From NCBI GenBank assembly GCA_045633485.1, contig JAZQYL010000022.1:1235-65234 (forward strand): DNA of 64,000 nucleotides. Reading direction: 5' to 3'. Shown one piece after another: positions 36,433 to 46,300 of this stretch; within the stretch, counting starts at the first letter, position 1; each line of letters begins with the position of its first letter. This DNA comes from Acutalibacteraceae bacterium. GTDB lineage: Bacteria > Bacillota > Clostridia > Oscillospirales > Acutalibacteraceae. The notes below the pieces were generated by a model, which searched no databases, was not told the DNA's origin, and was given only the letters and a program-made list of their open reading frames with translations. Made by a program: the position numbers and the translations under genes.

Positions 36433-39006
36433 TTATTTTGCAAATTCAACTTCCCAAATTCTGTCAAGTGGTGATGAATAAGGATTCATTTCTTTTTCAT
36501 CAGGCAAACTTTCGCTGCTTATAACCTTTGAATTATATGCGTAAAGAACGCTTCTTTGGTAAACAGGAAGTTCAATAGCAAGATCAAGAATTTGTTCCAT
36601 TGCATCCTTGTATAGATCCGAACGCTCTTCCTGATCGTTTGTTTCACGAGCTTCGTCAATAAGCTCACTAAGTTCATCAAGAATATCTAATTCTTCAGGA
36701 GTACCGCTTGTTTTAAGGTAATTATAGCCCCATGCAAGTGTACTTGTAGCTGTAGAATCCTTATGATATACCTGGTAAAGATCAGGGTCAAGAGCTGAAG
36801 ACCAAGCCGCAGCCCAAACTTCAAGTGAACCGGTGTTGATTTTTGTAAGTGCTTGTGTATCGCAAACAACTTCAACATCCCAACCCAAGTCGTTAAGCAA
36901 TGCTGCTGCATCACGGAATACTTTGTATGTAGGATGATCCTGCAAACTTGTACCTGCAATTGTAAACTTAACCTTAAGATCACTATCGCCTGCGCTTACA
37001 CCAGCTTCTTGCATATATTTTTCAACATTAGCAACAGCGATTTCTTTGCTCCAAGAGCCAATTGGTGGATAATCAAAACCGTTATCCTCCGCATCTGATC
37101 CCTTTGGATATGCCCAACTTACTTTAGACATTGGCCAGAAAATTTGCTCAGCGGTACCTGCACGATAATAGTCGAGTGCTAGTGATGTATTCATAGCACA
37201 CATAATAGCTTTTCTAAGATTTATATCATTAATCTTTGCAGAGTTTATACCAATATAACCGTAACCTAATTGATCGGTTGTAAGTGTAACCATACCTTTT
37301 TTTGAAAGGCCTTCAAGTTTTTCGTAATTGTCGGTTGTAAGTGATGGAGAAATGTAGTGTACATTACCCTCTTGTAATGCTGCAATAGCATTTTGCGAGC
37401 TAACTACTTGGTAACGAATTTTTTCAATCTTAGCGTTTTCAATACCACTACCTACAGTATTAAAGTGCTCATTTGATTTAAAGTATACAACATTATTAAT
37501 ATAAAATTCACTTTCGGAAGGATTGTCCTTGTTCTTATTGTTAGTAGCCTTATAAGAACCTGCGCCTACTGGAATTTTAATATTTCTTGTAGACTGTATA
37601 ATATCGGTCATAAAATCAAAACTTGCAAATTCAACGCCAAATTTATTGTCTTCGATATCAACATCAACGCTACTGCCCTCGCCATAATAATGTTGTGGAG
37701 CTATGGTAATTGCAAAGTTCCAAATTGCTTTTGGATCAATACCATCTATTGTTACAGAAAGAACGTCATATTCATCCGGATTTTTAACTGTACCATCATC
37801 GTTATGTGCAGATGCAATGGTATATTCAGTGCCGTTAATTTCGATTTTTTCACCGGCTTGATCGGTATGACCAAGTGAAACAATACCTGAAATGTTTTCT
37901 ACAGCTAAAGTTCCGTCATCGGAAACATTTTCGTGAAGTATTACTTCTTTTGCCTTTGCTGAAAATTCAGTATTTAATGTGTTTGCTGTACCCCAGTACA
38001 ACAAAATAACATCAAGATTTCCTGCAATTTGATCATTATAAACATAATCGATTGCATCTTCTTTTGACTTGATTGAGTTAGGATATGATGGTGTTAATTT
38101 CTTAATCTTGGTGCGGTCAATTTTTCCGTCCTCACCCTCTTCATATTCAACCTCTACATAACCTTCGTTATACATAAAGCAGAATATTTCATCATCAAAT
38201 TCTTCATATGACTTGTATGGCTCATCAACATATGATTCTTGAGCGCCTAGGTAATCATCTTCAAGTTCTTCTTTAAAGAGTTTGAGTGCATATTCGTAAT
38301 CTTCTAAAAGATTTTTGTTAGTAACCTCTTCCGGTTTGTTTGATATAGCCGACTGATAACCGCTGCTAACTGTGTAAGCATTGATTGCTTTTTTCATTGC
38401 ATCGTAACCTACTTCATTAGTAGAAGAATTGTCTCTTTCGGAGATATATAGGTTAATTAGCTCATTTATACGAGCCTCTGCTCTTGAAATAGCCTGTGAT
38501 GAAATCAAGTCATCGCTGTCATCCGAAGCTGAACCAACGGTCTGTGTGCGATATTCCGAAAGGCCTAAAATATCGGTAGAATACAATGTATTTGAGCCGG
38601 TATACACAGGGTCAAGATATACATAATAGTTAAAGAGTACATCTTCCATGGTAAGTGGTTGACCATCAGAAAACTTGATGCCGTTTTTAAGTACAAAATT
38701 ATATGTAACGGTATCATCGTCATTTTCTACGATATCGTAGTCTTTGGTAACAACAGCCTCATCTTCACCGTATGCAACCTGAACTTCACCGTCAACATAC
38801 TTAGAGCCAAGCATACCAATTTGTGTCATAGCAACAATTGTACCATCGGCAGCTGCTGTGTAAAAGAATGGATTAAACAATCCGTCTAACTGCTCTGTCA
38901 TAATAACAAGAGCATCTGCTCCACCTGCACCGCAACCGGTAAGTGAAGATAGCATGCCGGCACAAATTGCCACGCACAACAAGAGAGAAATAATTCTTTT
39001 TTTCAT
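36433..39006 (-). CDS. Family-5 (OppA-like) peptide-binding lipoprotein, unusually large (857 aa)
   Basis: Lipobox LTGC; NGIKFSDGQPLTMEDVLFNY is a typical SBP_bac_5 motif. It lies directly upstream of oppBCDF. Confidence 0.8.
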   Translation of the reverse strand: MKKRIISLLLCVAICAGMLSSLTGCGAGGADALVIMTEQLDGLFNPFFYTAAADGTIVAMTQIGMLGSKYVDGEVQVAYGEDEAVVTKDYDIVENDDDTVTYNFVLKNGIKFSDGQPLTMEDVLFNYYVYLDPVYTGSNTLYSTDILGLSEYRTQTVGSASDDSDDLISSQAISRAEARINELINLYISERDNSSTNEVGYDAMKKAINAYTVSSGYQSAISNKPEEVTNKNLLEDYEYALKLFKEELEDDYLGAQESYVDEPYKSYEEFDDEIFCFMYNEGYVEVEYEEGEDGKIDRTKIKKLTPSYPNSIKSKEDAIDYVYNDQIAGNLDVILLYWGTANTLNTEFSAKAKEVILHENVSDDGTLAVENISGIVSLGHTDQAGEKIEINGTEYTIASAHNDDGTVKNPDEYDVLSVTIDGIDPKAIWNFAITIAPQHYYGEGSSVDVDIEDNKFGVEFASFDFMTDIIQSTRNIKIPVGAGSYKATNNKNKDNPSESEFYINNVVYFKSNEHFNTVGSGIENAKIEKIRYQVVSSQNAIAALQEGNVHYISPSLTTDNYEKLEGLSKKGMVTLTTDQLGYGYIGINSAKINDINLRKAIMCAMNTSLALDYYRAGTAEQIFWPMSKVSWAYPKGSDAEDNGFDYPPIGSWSKEIAVANVEKYMQEAGVSAGDSDLKVKFTIAGTSLQDHPTYKVFRDAAALLNDLGWDVEVVCDTQALTKINTGSLEVWAAAWSSALDPDLYQVYHKDSTATSTLAWGYNYLKTSGTPEELDILDELSELIDEARETNDQEERSDLYKDAMEQILDLAIELPVYQRSVLYAYNSKVISSESLPDEKEMNPYSSPLDRIWEVEFAK

Positions 39007-39036
39007 AAGTGTCGCGCTCCTTTATAAATAAATATT

Positions 39037-40338
39037 TTACTTTTTAAAATCTAATGTTACTGTATTTTCACTTACAGTAATATTAACTTTTTCAGGTTTA
39101 TCTCCGGTAGCAGTGCAGTCAATTTGTGCGGTTGAAAGTTTTGTAAAATCACCCATACCGCAAACAAGACCTATCGAATAATCATCAGTAGCAAAGTAAC
39201 TGCCCGAATCAATCATTAAATGACTGTTTAAAATACATACATTGTTAAATTCTGACTTGTCAGAAATCGTTCCTGCAAGCAAACCGTAATTAGTACCGGC
39301 CTTGCGAGCACCCGATTTAATAATGAATGTTATATTATCAAAATTAACATCTAAAATTTGAGCCTCATCAGAAACATATCCAAAAAGTCCGGCATTAACC
39401 TTAGAGTTATTCGTTTGTGTTATTTGCACGTTTTTAATCGTATAACCATTACCCTTAATTACACCGCTAAAATTACCGTAAACAAAACTTGTTGGCCATA
39501 TTTTATCGGTAAAATCAAGATCTGCAAACAACTCGTAATTACCCGTTAAACTTGCGCTTTCAATAAACTGATCCGTATTATAAATACGATACCATTCACC
39601 CTTTGTCCAATCAACATAGAGTTTTAAAACCGAATCTGTTGCCGTAGCATTTTCAACATTTACAGTACCGGGATGTGTAAGTATCTCCCCTGTAAGTTCA
39701 TTGGTGGCTTCTAAATCAAAATAAGCTTTATTAAATGTATAACCCTCTCTTTTCGGGAAATCGTACATATCTACGGCACCTGTTTCTTCATTCCAAGCAG
39801 GTATTTTAAGCTGCTTTTCACCGGATGGATCATATTGCATTTTATCAATTAATTCACCAGTTTGCAGCGAATAAAATTCAATCTCAAACATTGGTACCCA
39901 CGCAGCATAAAGAGTAAGCACAGGTTTATCAGCTGAATATTCTTTCTCTTTATCAATATTTAAAACATCATTTTCAAAATCCCATTTATTCGAATATTCG
40001 TAAAATGTTTCGCCTGAATCATTGGTTTTTTCAATTCTCTCTTTATACCACCCCGCAAGAAAATAACCGTTTTTGGTGGCGGTAAAAGCATCGTTATCAC
40101 GCCTTGAATCATCTGGCGCTATGAGCGAAATATACTCTTTATCAGCTTTAAAGGAATCAACAATCACCGAAGTATTTGTTGTAAAGGTACCTCCGTTAGC
40201 GTCAAATTTGACGCTAACGGTGTAACCGTCTTTGTTGTTAGTATCATATGGAGTAGCATTTTCTGCGCAACCTGAAAGCACAGTCACAAAAGCTATTATA
40301 AGTAGCAAAAATGTAAATACTTTAATTTTCTGTTTCAT
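39037..40338 (-). CDS. Lipoprotein with Listeria-Bacteroides-type repeats and a GLUG/beta-helix-like C-terminal region
   Basis: Lipobox LSGC; VKFDANGGTF...GYFLAGWY repeat signature; C-terminal NAGLFGYV...NYGLLAGTI. The start overlaps the protease gene end by 17 nt. Confidence 0.5.
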   Translation of the reverse strand: MKQKIKVFTFLLLIIAFVTVLSGCAENATPYDTNNKDGYTVSVKFDANGGTFTTNTSVIVDSFKADKEYISLIAPDDSRRDNDAFTATKNGYFLAGWYKERIEKTNDSGETFYEYSNKWDFENDVLNIDKEKEYSADKPVLTLYAAWVPMFEIEFYSLQTGELIDKMQYDPSGEKQLKIPAWNEETGAVDMYDFPKREGYTFNKAYFDLEATNELTGEILTHPGTVNVENATATDSVLKLYVDWTKGEWYRIYNTDQFIESASLTGNYELFADLDFTDKIWPTSFVYGNFSGVIKGNGYTIKNVQITQTNNSKVNAGLFGYVSDEAQILDVNFDNITFIIKSGARKAGTNYGLLAGTISDKSEFNNVCILNSHLMIDSGSYFATDDYSIGLVCGMGDFTKLSTAQIDCTATGDKPEKVNITVSENTVTLDFKK

Positions 40339-43300
40339 TTTCCAGTACTTCCTCCTTATGATGCTTTTTTTGTTTAATATTTTTTACAAAAGCAGAAATT
40401 TTTGAAAACAAGAATTTTACAAATGATATTACCTTTGTAAAAATCAATTTTGCTATTTTAACAACTTGTTGCACAATTATTTTTGTCCATTTAATTAAGA
40501 AAGGTTTAATAACGTTAAATATCTTAACAAAAAACACCTTACATGCCACAAAAATTTTAACAACAAGTTTTGCTACAAAGGCAATAGAAATCTTAATTAC
40601 TGATATAACTTTAGCAAAAATCGGTTTTAAAATTTTTGCTGTGCTTTTAAATATAGGTTTACAAAAAGCTGCCATTTTATCGGTTACCGGCTTACAAAAA
40701 ACAACTATCTTATTCAAAATAGGTTTAATAAATTTTGAAATTTTTTGAATTAAAGGACTAACTAACGCTGAGATTTTATCGCATACAGGTTTTGTAAACT
40801 TAACGATATGTTGCTTAAACTTTTTAATAAGCAAAATTGCTGCTAAAACAACTGTTGCAAATATCGCAATTATCAAAACTAAAATACCGATATTAAATCC
40901 TTCTTTATTATCGTTTGTCTCTTCATTCTTTTGCGCATCAGGATCAAGCGCTTTTATACGTTGCTCGGCCGAAACAAGATCTGAATAGTTCTTTACAAGT
41001 GACTGTTGCTCAAGTGTTGCTATTTTTGAGTAAGCAGCACGTGCGCTTTCTACAAGACCCTTGTCGTCATAGCTAACTCTTTCTGGAATTGCCTTAATAG
41101 CGTTTATGGCATCAACCGCTACATCATCCGGCGCAGCAGGACCATCAATTACTAAATCAAAATACTGATTACAAATAAACGAATCGTATCCTACGCCGTT
41201 AATCGGACGTACCATTGTAAGCTTATTTTCAACCTTACCTACGTAGTCAACAAATGTTGCTCCGTAAAATACGTTAGAATACATCTCACCGGTTGCATTC
41301 CACATAAAGAACGGAATTATGCCCAAACCGTTTATCTGAACCTCGTTACCATCATAGTCGGTATAAGTTCCAAAATCACCCGTACCCGGGATATTCTCAA
41401 AACTACCGTAGTATGAAGGATCAAATTCTTCTTCAAAGTTTGGTACGGTATGACTACCAAAAGTAACCATATCAAGCATATTACAATCATAGAAAGCCTT
41501 GTGTCCGATTGCGGTAGTACTAAATGGCATTTTTACTCTGACAACATCGCTACCTGCAAAAGCATAAGCGGTAATACGTACGGTATCATCAGCAATAACA
41601 ACATCGTTGTTGTTTGTACCTGAATATGTTATAAGTTCCATTCCCTTTTCATTCATACAATAAAGTGAACCTTCAATAACAAATACGGTATCGCTTATTT
41701 CATAATTGTAAACCGTTACCTCTTTTTCTTTTCCATTTACTTTTTGCTTTTGTGTAGTGCTAAAAGGTTCGAGTTTACACATAGCAAACGGGTTGTCCGC
41801 AATCTTTTCAATATCTTTACCCAAAACAACTTTAAATGGTGTCAGGGTTTCTTTGATAAAAACATTTCTACCAATATTAACAGCAGCGGTAAGATCAGCT
41901 GATGTAATTGCTGTATATGCAAATGCATAATCACCAATGTTTTCCACACAGTTAAGATTATCAACTATGTCAAGCGGATCGCAATAAGAGAACGCGCCCT
42001 CACCTATCTGTTCGGTTTTTTCGCAAAACTTTACAGTTTTAAGCAAACGGTTAGATACAAATGCATACTTATCAATGTTTTCGGTTGCGGATACATCAAG
42101 AGTTTCTAATCCGCACTCCATAAATGCGTACTCGCCGATTGTTTCAACCTTGGAAAGATTTATACTCTTTAACGCATCACAACCTGCAAATGTATAGGGT
42201 TTAATTTCTTTTATATCATCACTTAATTCAACTTGAACAAGTTGACGACAATATGAGAACGCATATTCACCAAGAGTTTCTGCAGACGAAATATCGGCAT
42301 TTGTTATTTGCGGTCCGTGATATGTGTAATGATAATAACCATTTGAATTAACCGCTGCAACGGTCATATTTTCATCAAGACAAGCATAATACACATCGCC
42401 CGAAATCGCATAATCACCAATTTCTTTAACCTTTGATAAATCAATATTCTTAAGGCTTGATGTATTATAGAATGCCATTTTTTCAAGTTTTGCGCCCTCA
42501 CCTAAAGTAACGGTCTCAAGACTTGCGGCATTTGAAAACGCGTTTTCGCCGATTTGAGCATTTTTACCTATAGTAAGTGAGATTAATGGTGATGAAAATA
42601 CATATCTGAACAGTTTTTGTTCACCGTTCATATACATTTCTACCTTGAATGCTCTATCTTTGTCCATACTAAAGGCGTATTTTCCAATTTTAACATCATC
42701 GCCTATAACAACGGTTGTCAAATCTACGCATTCACTAAATGTTCCCTCTGCAATTTCCATCTTATCAGGAATTGTAACCGATGTTAATTTAGTAAACGAG
42801 AATGCATATTTGCCTATTTTTACCTTTTTATCAAGGTTCGGCATTGTAGTAATTGATGTTTCAAAAAATGCATAATCACCAATTTCTTTAAGTTCACCAA
42901 GAGATACCGAAATCAATCCCTCATTAGACGCAAGACCGTACTCACCAATTGCAGTTACCTTTTCCATCAAAACCGATGTAATTTTTTGGTTGTGTGAAAA
43001 AGCACCTTTAGCAATTTCATTAACCTTTTTACCACCTATATTATCATAGGTAAATTCGCCCTCAATAAGAGGTGATACGGCAATAAGTTTTTTACCGTCA
43101 GAAGAAAGTATATATGCCTTATCGTGAGCCTTAAAGTTTTTATTTCCTTTTTCAATTTCAAATTCTGAAATTTTTGTATCTCTGAATGCGAATACCCCGA
43201 TATCGTTAACATCAGGACCTATGGTAAGTTTTTTCATATCATCGCATTCGTAGAACATACCTTCAGGAAGAACTGAAGAATTTACATAAAACTCTTTAAG

Positions 43301-46300
43301 TGTTTCGCAGCTGGTAAATGCATAAGGACCGTATTTTACCTTTTTAGCATCAATTTTTACATCTTTTAGCTTTTTGCAGCCTGCAAATGCATATTGGCCA
43401 ACAGAATAAAGATTTTCACCAAGTTCAATACCTTTTAATTTTTGATTACCTGCAAATGCATAATCAGAAATTACACAAACAGATGGTAGTTTTAACGTAT
43501 CGCGTAAATCGCAATTTTCAAATGCGTTTTGGTTAATTATCTTTAGATTATTTTCGCCGCTGAAAGTAATTTTTTGAAGAGCAGTACAACCATAAAACGC
43601 ACCATAATCTATTGATTCAAGGGTTGATGGGAATACAACCTCTTCCAACGCAGTCAAATTAGCGAAGGCATAACTTGCAATGCTTTCTACACCCTCAGGT
43701 ATTACAACCTTTGTGATGGTATTATCACCAATAAACCAAGCCTTTGATGTTTCGGCATCGTCAAAAGCAAGTTCTTCCTCCGTTTTCATAATATATTCGA
43801 AATTAGAGAAGGCAAACTGACCGATCTGAGTTAAGGATAGATCCTCCGGTATATTAACAAGACCGCCGTTACCATAATAGTGTGTAAGACTTGCGCCTGT
43901 TGTCACATATGGATCCTTAACTTCAACATTAACAGTTTCAGAATAATATGTGCTCTTATCATCAAGCAATACCTTAACTGTGATAGAGGCAAAGCCTTCT
44001 GCTTGAGCTGTAACCAAACCTGAATTGTCAACCTTTACAATATTTTCATTACTGCTTTCAAACGATACAGATGTATCATTCTTAAAGAATGAATCTAACG
44101 AGAAGTTGAGCGCTACCTCTTCCGAAGGATACATTTCCAATTTGTAATTTCCTTCAAAGAAGTTTGTACTACCGGTATCACCTAATTTTTTATCTTCATT
44201 TTCAAGAATATAGTACGCCTTGTTGGTATAAAAACCATCTAATGTAAATACATCGGCAACCGGTTTATCATATCGGCGATATCCATCATCACCTTTTTCA
44301 AGAACAGTAACATTAAAGGTTATACTTTTATTGTTTAGCGGATCCTGTGCCTTGATAATCGCATTACCACTCTTAACCGCTACAAGTTTATTGTTAACAA
44401 CACGAACTACACTCGGTTTAGAAGAAGAATATTCTAATAACTCCGCCCACTCTGTATCGGGAACAATAACAGGTTCGAGTGTATATACCTCGTTTGGACT
44501 AAGAGTAATTCCGTCCTCAACACCTTCAAAGTAAAAGTCGGTAAAATCATCAGGAAGTGACAATTCATATGTTGCGTAATTCAGAGCATAGTCATATGCA
44601 TTAATTACGAACGTATTCTTAGTAGTAGCATTATTTTTAATATCGTAAATATAATCGGTAAGTTCATATGTAACCTTAGTTGTATCATTGCGTTCAGAAT
44701 AAACAGGTGTCATATACTGCTCTAATGTTTTCATAGCAGGACCAACATTACCGTCCGCATCAGCTTCTTCGGTAACATAACCAATTTGTGAACACATAGC
44801 ATAATGATTGTCATAAATCATTACATCAGCATATAATCTGTTTTTCTTTAAGGTTTTATCATATTCATATCTGTATTCCACATCGGTGATTGTGGGGGCT
44901 TCAAAGTCGGCAACAAGTGGGAATTCAAAAACATTGTTTTTATTTGTTTGAAGTCCGCCATCGCCGTAATCAACATAACCTACAAGTCTTACTGTATATT
45001 CACTATTATTTTCAAGATTATATTCGGTAGTGTCAAATTCTATTTTTACATTCGAAGGATAAATTGACGCACCACCGTCACTATAAGACTTGCGGATATC
45101 ATTTTCTACCTTTTCGAATACTACATCACCAGTAATGTCATCGGTTATTGTTATTTCAATTTTTGCAGCATTTCGTAATAGACCTGCCCAAACAAATCTT
45201 AGAGAATGTATTGTACCCACTTGGTTTGACAACGCAACATAATTTTCATTTGCAGAGATAACCATGTCATCAGGATCCTGCAAGAAATAATATGAACCAA
45301 GGTAGCTTACATAGTCATCACTAACGCCGCCTACAGGACGAGTAGCATATGCGTCGGCTTTTGTTTTATCTTCTTCATCAATACCATCATCAAGTTCATC
45401 AGCATTTGTATCATAGTATGTAAGGTCAAAAAGCGGAGCTTGTGTCCAATCACCATAAAATGCAAGATAAGGAACATTAAGATCAACCTTTGTACCGGAT
45501 TTTGCCTCTAAAGTAACAAATCCTTCAACATACATACCATTTTCAAACGACTTGTCCAAATACTCTTTATCTTCTTTACCAAGAGTAATCTTCACAGTAA
45601 CTTCTGTTTGACCGTTTTTCTTAACTCGTACGGTATTTTTATTCGATTTTTTGCCATTAATAGCCACAACCTTAACCTTTGCGCCGTCTAACAAACGCGC
45701 CTCTTCGGTAATGGTTGTTTCGCCTGCGGCAGTTTTGGTATCACTAACACCCTCGGTCATTACATACGCATCAATATCGTATGATACCGCATGTTTTGCG
45801 GTATTGTTTATGGTAAACGTCATGGTGTATTCGCCTGATTTTCTTGGATCATCACCAAGTTCAAGTTTGGCTTTATCTGTTATTTCACCATCTTCGTCTT
45901 TAACGGTTATATACGCTGGTGATTTAATAGAATTTGTAAGGTTTGCAAGACCTGCGCCCTGTTTTCTTACCGAGTACGGAAGACCATTTTTCGCAAGCGC
46001 AATATCTGCTGTAGACATAATCAAACAATTAACCATTGTGTTGACAGCTTGATTATCATCGGCAATTTCGGGATAATTTTCCACAACGTATTGACGAAGC
46101 AACACAACAACACCTGCATAGTTAGGACATGCCATTGATGTACCTGACAAACGGTCATAACTACCGCCGGTAATTGAAGAAAGTATGCTACCACCGTGAG
46201 CCGTAATTTCAGGTTTAATTTTAAGGTCTGGTGTAGGCCCCCACGATGAAAAGTCAGAAATAAATGGACCCGAAGTTTGCTTGCGGCTTATCTTTAAGGT

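Noticed and set aside
40325-40900. Periodic DNA pattern that could be mistaken for a CRISPR array or tandem DNA repeat
   Set aside because: The periodicity is at the protein level (about 33 nt, degenerate) and lies within an uninterrupted reading frame continuous with the protease. There are no identical DNA repeats or spacers.
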